64,000 nucleotides of DNA from Chrysomallon squamiferum (taxonomy: Eukaryota > Animalia > Mollusca). The notes beneath the pieces were generated by a model. It had not been told where the DNA came from. It ran no database searches and worked only from the letters and a program-made list of their open reading frames with translations. The position numbers and the translations under genes were made by a program. This document shows positions 1-12,700 of this stretch, piece after piece (positions within the stretch are counted from its first letter, which is position 1; each line of letters starts with the position of its first letter). The DNA lies in contig CM022665.1 in NCBI GenBank assembly GCA_012295275.1, forward strand, positions 22,444,001 through 22,508,000. The letters are read 5' to 3'.

Positions 1-339
1 ATAACTGTGAATTATAGTAAAATAAAATAAAATAAAATAATATATATATAAAACCATCGAACAAAAAAGACCGAACAAGAGAAATACAATAATACATTAA
101 AAAGGGTCATTTATGTTAATTTTCAGCTTATTGATTTCAACTTAATTTAAAAAACAAAACAAACAACACCTGTATTAATTTAAAATTAAGCTTATCATCA
201 GTACTCGAAGTACAATGGTTCACACCCACCTACACACGTATATTATAAAACGCAACCCGACAGGCGACTTAGGTGATACAGCAGTTGATTAAATACAATA
301 CGATATCGTTGGCCGTAAGACGTTTCTATTGTCTCAGTA

Positions 340-598
340 TACATACATATATATGTATGTATATATGTATGTGTATGTATATATATATATGTATGTATGT
401 GTGTGTGTATATATATATATATATGTACATACATGTGTATATATATATATATATACCCACATATATATATATATGTACATACATACACACATATATGTAT
501 GTATATATGTATGTATGTATATATATGTACATACATACACCCACATACACACATATATATATGTATGTATCTATATATGTATGTTTGTATGTGTATAT
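340..598. repeat. Compound (TA)n/(TG)n/(TATG)n microsatellite
   Basis: Continuous alternating TA/TG/CA runs; accounts for the six Y/I/M/C/V-rich ORFs at 243-664. Confidence 0.95.
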
Positions 599-1981
599 TT
601 AATAATCTTTTACAGCACAAAAAAAAACTTTTTCTTTGATGCGTTCAAAATATTTATTATATAGCAATTGCTAATTAATGTCAGTATTTATTAGAGAATA
701 TTTACGAGAAGAAATCTGCTGTTACTCTACTGTCTGGTATCGGTTAGCAACAAAAATTCTTATATATTACCTCATTCGTGGAGCAGAGGCTGAAATCGGA
801 TACAACCCCCCAAAAATGTTTTTAACAGGAAATGATCGAGACATTTCGGTTATATTTTTATAACGACAGTTCCTAAAGTTTATTAACAACCACGCTGTGC
901 CTGCCTTTACTAAAGTAAAATAAATAAATAAATAAATTCTTTGATGCCAGTTGAAATAATGAGAATTTCGAAAATTCTATAATAAATAATTGAAACATTA
1001 AACTAAAGAACTCCGGATTTTAACTTCGTTTTAAATAAAATTCATTTATTTTTTATTCATTTTTATGCTTTCTTTTTACGAAACTGATTTTCTCTCCCTC
1101 AAATCATTTTAATTTTCTTCAAGTATATAGTCCATTATCGAAGTGAACATTTGCTAGTTTTCTTTAGAATGTGCATCCCATAATTCAATGATAATTTTTT
1201 AGTTTTGTGTTGTTATTAGGTACACATTCTGTGAGAAATACACGTCGCCTGTCAAATACGACTCACAAACTGTATCAACAGATGTTGTCTTGTAGCGATT
1301 TGTTATGGTCTACATCTAAATTACAATTATCGCAATCCGTCTTTATTACATTTTATCATATTCTATCGATTATACAGCATTAATAACATAGTTAGGCATC
1401 TTCCCTACATCTTGTACATGTTTTTCCAACAACAACAACAACAACAAAAAAAAAAAAAAAAAAAAAGATCATTCGGTATTTCTATTATGTAACATCCAGA
1501 GTGAAATCCAGAGTGTTATATGATATATACGAAATCACGTACATTTTAATTAAATGGTCTTAACATTTTTTGTCTTTTGTTGGTAAATAAATCACTATTC
1601 TGATCCTATAAAACAAAACTTTAAAATATATCCGAGATTTTCTTTTCCAGTTAACATGCACATTCTCATCACAAATATAATAATATCTGCTTTCATTTGT
1701 ATATTTTATTTTCAATAATCTTGTTCGTCTCTGCGATTTACATTTATCAATTCACTGTTTTGCAGTGTTTTATAAATATGAACAGAAAACAATTTATTAG
1801 ATGGTTTGAGCACAAATAAAATTAATAAATATTATTATAATTATTTGTTTAAGTGTTACATTTTCTGGTATATATGGAAAAGGAAATTACCACGACAAAT
1901 TATGATGCAAAAGAAAGCTAAATAATGTTCTACGACAGAATTAAAAGGGCAGGAACTTGTCTACATGTACACGTCTTTTGC

Positions 1982-4900
1982 TTATTTTTCTTCTTTCTTT
2001 TCATCAGAATCCGACTTTTTCTCTTCAGATGTTTCATGGGTGCATGTTATTGGTATTGCTTGTTCCTTTGGTGCCTCGATAGCCATTTTTGGAGCCTTGA
2101 TAGTTAGGACTCCATCATTACTCAGAGAGGACGTAACTGCCTGTGGGTCTATGTCCTGCAATACAAGTAACTTCTTAATGTGAAAACATTATTATTCGAC
2201 CAACATTATTCAGTATTAACCAGAATTTATATTCTGCATCTTTACGTTAAAACTATACCTCTACAGATTGTAAATTTGAGTTCAGTATTATATGTATCAA
2301 TTATTTCTTCCTGCATTAAAACACACACACACAAAACAACAACAATGAAATATTGCATTGTTTATTATTAATATCCAGTCAAAAACAGCCCAATTATAAA
2401 ACTGGTATGGATATTTTATCGATATTCATGCTGTTTTAAAGTTTTAAAAAGAAGTAATCCCATACATTTTTAAGCTGCCAATATTTTATAAATATTTCAC
2501 GATTTATCTGTTTTTCTGTTTGTTGTCTAATAAGGAAGTACTTCAGACTTTAACTCTTTCCAAATAGTTTCAGATGCATTTAGTTCATTTAACTATTTTG
2601 TTAACTTTGTTTTACCTTGGGCAAGACGTACTGTCTGGTGAACTCTCTACGAATATAGCCATGTTCATCTTCTCTTTCTTCATGTTTGGCATGAATGACC
2701 ACTCTGTTGTCCACAGTTTTCACTTCAATTTCATCTGGTTTGAAGTGCTGAACATCCACTTTTACACTGTATTCTTTATCGTTGTTAGATACCTGCCAAT
2801 AATACAAATCACTAACAACTGATTTCTAGGAAGATTTTCAAAACATTTCAGATATTTTTTTCCCCCTCAATATGCAGAATTTGCTAGTCTGGCATCATTA
2901 ACCAAAAAATGGATACCAATACTCGCTGAGCATCTTTTAATCAAAATGGCTCGGGCTATCAATATCTCAAATAGTCTGAGAATGCATATGTTATTTTGAA
3001 ATTCATCTATATTTCATGTGATCTATGCACATAACATTTTATAACATTATTTACAGTAATTTTATTCATGAAATAGAGTCTATTCTAAATCATACTAGAA
3101 CTACAAGCTATCGCTCTTACGTCAGACTAAAAAAAAAAAAAAAACTATTTCGAATAAAAGATGTTCATCCTGTATTATTAAAAAACGTATAATGTAAACT
3201 GCACTGATACGACTTTCGTTTGTTTTTAATTCAAGACTTTAATGACTTATCCAGAATTTTAAAGTTTGATTTATTCACAAACACCATACTATCTTAATTA
3301 CCGAAAATATCAGAAGATACATATTGTTGTGACGGCTATCAAAAGTGCCATTCACGTCGATTTAACCATTAAAAATACCTTTCTGTCTCTCTATCCATAA
3401 GCAAAATGTCTGCATTTAATGAAGGTTTTAACCTTTCAGATTTGGGTGTCTTTTACTGAAAGGTGGGGTGAAATTCCTTTCAGGTTATTTTAAAAAGTAA
3501 AAGGTAAAGAACAGTCGTGTCGTACGATTAAATAGTAATCTATTAATCTTACCTAGGATCAAGCAAGATTATGTATTTATTTATTTATTTTATTATTTTT
3601 TTTTTATAACTTTGACAGTAGGAAGATAATATATTTAAAATAATGCGTTTTAAAAACGTGCATTTGTAGTTATACGTATTTAGAAAAATGTCACAGAATG
3701 CATGTTTTATGGTACGAGTAGTAAGATCTGAATAAAATGTATATATCCGGACGATATCCCGTTATTTAATTTTTTAAACAAATTTTTAAAAAAAGAATCA
3801 TTATTTTTTAAATTATAAAATTTTACTTGGCAGATAAGCCCCTAAAATTATTCCTGGAATTACCGAATCCGTGAATCAGTGGCTTAGCATATTTAAACAG
3901 AAAACAGCGAAGGATTATGAGCCTCAAAGCATATATTTAAACAGTCCTCACAGACTGGAATGTTTGAAGCTGTACTTTTTCTTTTATTATTATTTTTTTT
4001 TAAATCGGTATTCTGTTTGCGAATTATTTTCCAACTTATTTTATCCTTTACACTTTTCAAAGTATACGTTTAAAATTACAGGTGAAGAGTACTATGCGAT
4101 GTGGAATTCTTAATCAACAAGCATTATTATTATTATTATTATTATTTATTTATTTATGTATTTATTTTTTTCTATTTTATTATTATTAATTTATTATGTA
4201 CGAGTGAATAAAATTATTATTAGTTTAATATATATCCGAAGAAGATGAAAATGACCTATAATTAATTATTCTTGATATACTACTTTAAATATGGACACTG
4301 AAAACATATTTTGAGCTAAAATACAGTCGTATCCAACCAGCAACCTTGGTGGATTTATTTTAGATTCCAAGTTCATGCGAACTACCTGGAAAAGTTAGGT
4401 AAAGATCGAACCCTGTTCATAATTTTTTCTATTTCTTTTCTAGGAGAGTACCACTTATATGATCCCAGATATGGCTTCATCTTGATCCTTCTTCTGCATT
4501 TCAGCTTTCTGCCTTGTTGAACTAATATTTCCTTCACTAATCCTTCGTTCAAGAGCTGAAAATCATTAAGTATTTTCCTTATCTAAGTCTTAAGGCACCC
4601 CACAATGAATTACATGTATTTTATTAAACGTGAATTTTGTTTCAACTTCTTGTTAGAAGCACGTTAATTAAATATTCATAAATCCTGTCTTCAGTAATAA
4701 TAATAATGATAATAATAATAACAGTAATAGTAATAATAATAGATAGTAATAGCAATAGTAATAATGATAATAATAATAATAGGTAGAGTTTTTGAGAATG
4801 TATCTTGGAAACGGCACGATTTAATCTAGGCGACAAAAAAAGTGTTAATCCTGAAAACGGCTAAGCAAAATGAATCACACTGAACTGGTGTTCTTTTGTG

Positions 4901-5549
4901 TTTTCTCGACTATTTATTTACAGTATCAAATTACTGTTACCCAATAATTTAAAAACAGAACAAACTGAATTGTTTGTATTGGTGAAAACATGTTTAATAA
5001 TAATTTAAAAAAAAATGAATTAAAAATTTCATGTCATATTATCTGAATCGTCGCTTACTTCGTTCACAAGTAAATGAAATTTGCAATATTAAAACCATTT
5101 CCAGTTAAGTTAGTTCAACATGTCCCCATAACAATATCGAAACTAATTTAAAATATCAGCTAATTACGACTTCCGAAATTTTTATTTAGTCCTGGATCTC
5201 CGTTTACTTTTAAAGTATTGTTACACTTTTTATTTATTTTTTATTTATTTTATATATTTTGTATTCATTTATTATATCTTATTTTATTTTTGTTGTTGTT
5301 TTTGATTTTGTGTAACATATGTAAAATATGACCCCTTTTTCACAGAATATCAAAAATACAGCAAAAGAAAAGGCGAATTATAACGTGAGTTAACGTATAT
5401 TATTATACACATTCCCACGCCAGGGCTGTCGAAATACGTAATTCAGGTTGGTCATTTAAAAAGATCATGCAGCTGTCTAGATATTAAATATTTTAATAAA
5501 TATTTAGAGATTATAGATTCTTTGACAGTCATTTGTTCCAGTTTTTAAA

Positions 5550-5598
<49 letters not shown>

Positions 5599-5944
5599 TA
5601 TATTTAAATCAACAAATATGATGTTCCGCCGGCGCTGTTTTAACAGTATCAAGGTGACCCGATACAGTTGAAGGAAAAGTGGCTTTTAAAATTTCTGACA
5701 ATTCTTACCCAGCACTTAATTGCTTTTAGTAAGCTAGATGACTACAAACCTCGCTTTTCCCAGATTGAAGACGCGGCTGCATAACACGGGGTTGAAGCAG
5801 CAACGCACGGTACATATCAGGTAGGAAGAAGTCATCGTCGTAAGATGGAGCTAAGCCCAACTGCTGTTCCAACAGGCGGGTTGCTTCGTCCCAAATGCCG
5901 TGTGACGGCTGGCGAAGATACATCACTCGAATAGGATTCGACAT
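1982..5944 (-). CDS. Small heat-shock protein (HSP20/alpha-crystallin family, l(2)efl/CRYAB-like), 3 exons, 181 aa
   Basis: Exons (minus strand) 5944-5750 ([12 protein letters not shown]...QSGKSE), 2792-2616 ([25 protein letters not shown]...[26 protein letters not shown]) and 2155-1982 ([23 protein letters not shown]...AIPIT...EEEK*). Both introns are GT-AG, phase 0. Has the alpha-crystallin motifs DVxHFxPxEI, HEERxDEHGYIxREFxRxYxLP, SSLSxDGVLTI and a C-terminal IPI motif. Confidence 0.96.
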
Positions 5945-6080
5945 GGCAGCAAAAACAACAACAAAACAAACCAAAACCAAATCAAATCAAATCAAATGAC
6001 AGTAGAGCTGATGAAAAATTCACGTCACTACTTACACACCGCGCTACCTTTATTTCTTGACTCGAAGCCCTAGCTATAAT

Positions 6081-6087
6081 ATTTATA
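6081..6087 (-). promoter_or_regulatory. TATA box of the sHSP gene
   Basis: Reads TATAAAT on the minus strand, ~140 nt upstream of the ATG and just downstream of the HSE. Confidence 0.7.
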
Positions 6088-6099
6088 ACAGCCGATTAC

Positions 6100-6114
6100 C
6101 TTCGAGAATATTCG
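6100..6114. promoter_or_regulatory. Heat-shock element (HSF site), perfect three-unit nTTCnnGAAnnTTCn
   Basis: cTTCgaGAAtaTTCg, ~13 nt upstream of the TATA box of a heat-shock gene. Confidence 0.85.
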
Positions 6115-6584
6115 TTTCGACCAGACGGTATTACGTTTTCTAATCCAGACACTTCTGGGTTTTTCCAGTGAGCATGCGTGAGTCAGAGATACTGTTTATT
6201 ATAAACTTATATATACCGACAACATCCCGAAACAAAATCTTCTTTTATTCATATTGGGACGCCTTTATCGCAATAAATTGTACACGGGTCTAGTTTCTAA
6301 TGCAGATTACACATAAAATAAATAAATAAATAAATAGTAAGAGAGAAATAAAAAAATGTAATAATATAAATAAAATAAAAAAAGTAATAATATAAATAAA
6401 ATAAAAACGATAAGGAACACCATATTTTATATAAAGAATTTTTGTAAAATAACATGAACTTTTAAAATGAATATTTTATTTCAGAAAATAATAATAATAA
6501 TAATAATAAAGGAAATGAAATTTAATTTGTTCGACAATCAGTTTTATTTGGGTCTCCTAAACGAAATAAGTAATTTAATTAAAA

Positions 6585-6615
<31 letters not shown>

Positions 6616-7511
6616 AATTAAAATTTAAAAACAAAAGTAATTATTTTAAATAACCAACTTTATAGTTAGTGAGAGAAAAACAAGCGTGTGGGGTAGACGC
6701 AGCGGATTCACCCAACCTGAATATGCTGTTACATGCATGTGTCTTTAGATTATCATAAACTACATTCACAAACAAATATGTTGTTACTGACAAGGTAGTC
6801 CCCTTAGAAGTTAGATATAATGACTCCTTGATTTTAATTATAATGTTACAGAAAATTTATTTACATAACTCAAAAACGTATCGTAGCTTGTGATTACATA
6901 CTAATGTTTCGGTTTTAAATGTTATTTGAAAAAAAGCACACATATATACATATATATTTAACCTATTATAAGCTCTAGAAATAATAGCAGATAATGTTGA
7001 CAAGCTATTTTCTTATTTGTTTACATTCGACGGGTGTCGTTTAAGAATAGTCTCTTTCAAATCAGTCTCTTTCCACAAACCAAGAAATATCTAGTTTGAA
7101 CGATACTATCATTGCCTGCCAAAAAGAAAATTCAAAACTGGTACATAATAGACCTATTAAGTTATTTTTATTTCTCTAGTACCTCACCAGGTATATATAT
7201 CTTTATTTTATAAAGTAATGACAGGAATCCTTATTTGTCAAACAATTACAGTAAAGCATGGGGAAATGTTAATTTACCTTGGTAACCTGTTACCGTAATA
7301 GCCGAAATAAGTGCATCGCTCAGCAGATGTCATAATAATTTTAATAAACATTCATCGTCTGCCGTATCTTTTTTTTACTGTTTGATATAATTTTTAAATT
7401 CAAAGTACAAACAGACTGATAATTGTCTGGTAATATATTCAGTGCAAAGGTACATTTATTTTATATACTTTATTACCATTTATAACTATCATAAAGTTAT
7501 GAATGAATGAA

Positions 7512-7513
<2 letters not shown>

Positions 7514-7605
<92 letters not shown>
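7514..7605. repeat. (AAT)n joined directly to (ATT)n; self-complementary microsatellite
   Basis: The aat run switches to its reverse complement att at about 7572. Confidence 0.9.
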
Positions 7606-7609
<4 letters not shown>

Positions 7610-8405
7610 ATTTCAAAGGAATCTTTTTTTTTTTCTTGTCACATTACTTATGATTAAATTAAGATTTCAAAAATAACTGGTAAAGTATTATTAAGTTTCC
7701 ATAAAGGTTAAGGGATAATTTATTAATTTCCAGTTACCAATTGATAACTTTTATATCTGGAAGTAACACAGGTATTCATACATGATATCACACATATATG
7801 TTCCTTATATATATTTTTTTTCATACTCCTTATGAGGAAGCTGATTTCCTTTTGAATGTTGTTTACCGTGGTATCCATTCATCTGAATTCATCACTGGGG
7901 AATGATGACAGTGGAATTTTTGTAAAATTATTGAATTTACTCATTAATCCTTTTAAGGGATGTAAAGAAACAGATGTTGGTCTGTGGTGAAACTAGGATG
8001 GCCATTTCCATATTTCCAAAAAGGACATTTAAAAAAAAAGTGGGGTGACACTTTATTTAGTTTAAATTAAACATGTTTAATGATGAGTAAAAATATAAAA
8101 AGTTGTATAAAATATAAAAAATATACTTAGAAGTGTTGATTTGTTAAAAACTATAATATAATGGGCTGTTTTATGGTTTTTCTAAAAAATAATTTTTTTA
8201 TTTTTTTAAATGTGTGTGGTACATGCATTCATAGAGTACAAATAAAGAACTGTGAGCAATTAATGCTCAGTTTTTTATTTCTGCTGGAAAACATACTATC
8301 TGAACTAGATATGGTTGGTCACAAGATTAATTCTTTTTGGTGGGATGTTTCTGACATGAAAAAAAAAATGAATTGAAAATGGAATTAATTAAAGGATACT
8401 GTACC

Positions 8406-8457
<52 letters not shown>

Positions 8458-9146
8458 TAATAATATAAATGACAAAAATACAAATAGGAAATTTACATAA
8501 TGCTTATTTTAGCTACACTGATATTTTAAAGATGATATGATATAAGATCAATGGCATGTAGTTATTGCATAGGGTGTGTTGATGGAATGTCAGTTAGCTC
8601 TTATTTTTTCACACTCCCATTATCCCACCACCTGCCCCATGTCATAAGACAACTGGCTGAGAACAACTACAATATTTCATAATGGGACAGAAAACTTTGT
8701 TTCCCATTATGATCTGTGATTATATTTGTGAGTGAGCTTAATATTTTTGATTAATTTACCATCATTGATAGGTCTGCAGTGCTCACCTACCAAACGCAGA
8801 ATGTACGCCCTTGCAAAACATACATATCACATTACTTTGGTGATACATTTGACATAATTATTAAAATTATAGAGGTTTCTGAGTAGTATCAAAAATCTGC
8901 CATGTGCATCAAAGCATGGCAGACACTGTATGATGATAGTGACTGATCTGTGTTAGATACCATTGTTCACAACTCTATAGATTTGATACCTTATCCTGAT
9001 TAAAATCTACTGACTTGTTTCTTATATTTCTAAAGCCATAGTGGTAAGCAAATATTTATTATTATGGTTTATACACTCATCATCAAGTGAAATTATTTAA
9101 TATATTTGTTGACTTTATATTTTTGACAATGTTCTTTTTTTTTTAG

Positions 9147-9323
9147 GTGACACTGTCAGTGCTGACATGAGATGAATGGCTGCCATTCTAATTTACTTGA
9201 TGTATTTGTAATATCTCTGGTTTGGAATATCTGAAGAAATCAAGATATTGTGGAGTAAATTATAGACTGACAGTTCTTTGGATCCATTAGTGCAATGAAC
9301 TATAGGAAAATTTGAATGAAAAG
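9147..9323 (+). other. Probable non-coding 5'-UTR exon of the plus-strand locus
   Basis: Strong acceptor (gttcttttttttttag|) and donor (aaag|gtaatt); no long open frame; lies just upstream of the exon at 9752. Confidence 0.5.
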
Positions 9324-9786
9324 GTAATTATATTTTAACACCAGAATTATGTATTTTGATTATTGAAATTTTAGATAAATTTTGTATAGGATTAATCAAA
9401 TAAGAAAAAATACACAGTATAATAATATAAATAAACAAATTCATGAGTATTTAAATATATTTAAAATATTCATTGCATATTTCATTTTCAGTTTTGCAGT
9501 ACCAAAATGCACAAAGATATTTTTTGTCTAATAACCTTTCATTCAAAAAACAAATTTATTGTGAATTTAAATAATAATTAAAATTTAGGTTGCATCAGTT
9601 TTGATAAATCTTCAGAAGAATTATTTAAGTACTGTTGTAATTTATAAAATGAAATTAGCTGTATCATATTTCCTTACTATGCTGTAAATTGTTTTATTGT
9701 TTTTTATTCATAACTAAAAATTAATTATACCTTCTACATTTGTTCTTGCAGGTTAGACAAAGTGTGTTGATAAAAATAATCAGAAT

Positions 9787-12700
9787 ATGAACAATGTACC
9801 CAGCCCGTATCAGTCTTGGCATCCTGGCTCACCAAGAATACTGTCTTCATACACCACATCACCAAAACCTTCAAGAATTCCAAGACACATTTCTCAAGTC
9901 AGTTCAACAGTGAGTATTTTCAACTGTTGGAAAATAATTTCTTCTTTTTCTTACAGTATCTGCACACTTTTTCAGTTAGCAAAGGCACTATAAAACTGTA
10001 TGTTCAGTGATATATAATCAGGGTTTTTTGTTGATTTTTTGTTACTATTTCGTAATGAGATCAATACTTTTCAATGAAGAAGAAGAGGAAGAAAAAAATA
10101 ATATTCCAATGGAATATGTAAACAGTCAGAAACAAATACACTCTCATTTGTTTTTTAAAATGTAATTGCAGTGGAAAATTAATGTGTAAAATTCCCAAGT
10201 GAATCTGTTTATAGGTCAAAAACACAAAATGGACTATTATTTCCACTGTTGTTTTTTTGGGCTGTTAATAAGTGCATTTTGGGTGTTTTTCACACAACTG
10301 AAAAACTAATATCTAAAGGGAAATAATCCAGTCTATCCTTAGGATCATGCTAATTTTTACATATTCATTATCATGAAAATAAATGGTTATTTTAATGTTT
10401 TTGTAAGTTAGAAGTAAATTATTTTTACCATGAATTAATTATTAAAAATTTCCCTTAATTCATAACAATTCAAAGTTATTAGGTTAAAAACTTGGTAGAA
10501 CCAGTGGAAAGATTAATACATAAAAGACATGACTTGTATGGATAAAAGCTGATGCAGTCAAAGACGTTATATTAGTCTTAATCTTTTTTTAACAGTTTAA
10601 TTCTAGTTCCCCAGATTAACACTGATATATTGATCTTTGTCATAAATCTATAATAATAAAGAAACTGATACGAGTAATCTTATTAGTATGAGAAATGATA
10701 ATTTCTATGATAACATAATCTTTAATTTGACAGATTTGACATACTGTCAGATAAGTTTGATTAGGACTGCAATAGAAAGACACTGGACCTTGAATGCACA
10801 GTGGATAAGGTATTAATTTATGACTGGGTATATTCTGCAATCAGATCTCAAAACTAGTTGCTATGTAGAGCTAATTAAACAGGTGTTGGATCTTTTCTCT
10901 AATTATTGTCCAACTCTAATAGTATCTTTGGAAATAATATTTTTAATTACCGTATATACTTGTGTACAAGGCGACCTTATGTATAAGTCGATGTGTATTT
11001 TAAGACCACAAATTGCGTCATTTTAGGTATTACTTGTGTATAAGTTGACTGTAGATTCCAGGCACCGTCACTATTTTTAGACCAGTGTGACAGTTGAAGG
11101 CACATTGTACGCCTACTGTAACTATTTTTACAAAAATAGCATGTATTACACGAGCTATAGCCTAAATCATTTGGTTTGCCATTACGGTTTTTAATTTTTT
11201 TTTCGGAAAAATCATTTTTACATTCATATTTGGTTTTGTTATTTAATTTTTCAAAAATATACGATAAAATTATATTTTTGAAAAGCTGAAAGACCGCGAT
11301 TATTTTAAATGCATCCCGTAGCAAAAATAGTCAAAATGGCGACTCTTCAGCAACAGCTACAAAAGCATTACCTATGTATAAGTCGACCCCCAAAATATTA
11401 CCTTAATATAGTCTCCCAAAAATTCGACTTATACACAAGTATATACGGTAATTTTTTTCACAATTGTGAATAAAAGGATCTAATGTATAAACATCCTCTA
11501 CGGTGCCACAGATTTGGTTTCACATACCACCGTTTTATTTTTCATTTGGTAATTAAATGAGTGTTCCATCCTGATGACTAAAACTGATATAAACAGACCA
11601 TGTTTATTTGTTTTGTTTATTCATTCTGAGCCTACAGGCTTTTGATTTTATAATGTATTACTTTACTACCCTATCAGATAATGTAATAAAATAATTTATA
11701 ATTATGCCTTTAATATAAAAATAAATTAGTATCATTAAACATTTTGAATGTGCATGTATACACACACTTAACTCTAAATTTGTTACTTGAAATTGAAAAA
11801 AGAAAAGAAAAGGAAAAAGAAAAGAAAAAATAATTTTTTGTCTCTTAGAAAGGATAACAAAGAAATGTACTGATGAAAACTGATGGAAACTTATTTCATT
11901 TACATTGCTTAACTCTAGTTTGAACTGTGTTTGTGGGTGTATGTAATGTAATATAATAAAGGAAAATACTTTTTCTCATGATCACATGATATTAAAGTTT
12001 CTTTAAAAAAAACATGTCAGGAACCTTATTTATGCATGTGCAAAGTGCAGAATTATAAATTAAAATACTTTATCTTTAATAGATGGTTCTTCAGACCAGC
12101 TTTAACTAATACTATCAGTTATATAAATGTCTGTTTTTTTTCTTTTTTTTCAAAAATGGTAATTGTATTTCATTGCTGCATATATACACTAAGATGCTTG
12201 TATAGTATTTTCTTTATCTATGTAATTTATGTAAATGATTATTTGTATACAATTATGTACTTGCAAATATATGAATACAATAGAATATGTATAAGAAATA
12301 TAAATAGGATTATTAAAATGCAAACTGCTTGATTTGAATACACAACTGATTTTTGTTTTATTAAAATCTAACTGAACAGCTTTTCCAAGTTATATACATA
12401 TAACTATATAACTATATATATTTTTTTTTATCATAATGATCATGCTTTTGATTTGATCACGGGATTTTGTTTGTTTTTTGTTTGTAAGTCTGTGCTTAGT
12501 AGAATGGCTTAAGGCTGTAGTCACGCTTTGGACAAATAGAGAATCTGGGTCCTCTATGGTTCTGTATAATGTTTGTTTGCAATGTATTATTTTACCACTG
12601 TTTTTTATGCTCTGATTCACAATGTCTTTTGTTTGTTTAATAGGTTTTTTTTGGACAGTGTTTTGTACTTAAATGTTTTAACTGCTGAATAGTAATCTGC

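Noticed and set aside
243-664. Six overlapping ORFs rich in Y/I/M/C/V/H/T
   Set aside because: Translations of a TA/TG microsatellite that lacks stop codons.
4330-4620. Purine-rich minus-strand stretch resembling a LINE remnant (IHCGVP)
   Set aside because: Multiple stops and no second motif, so it cannot be supported.
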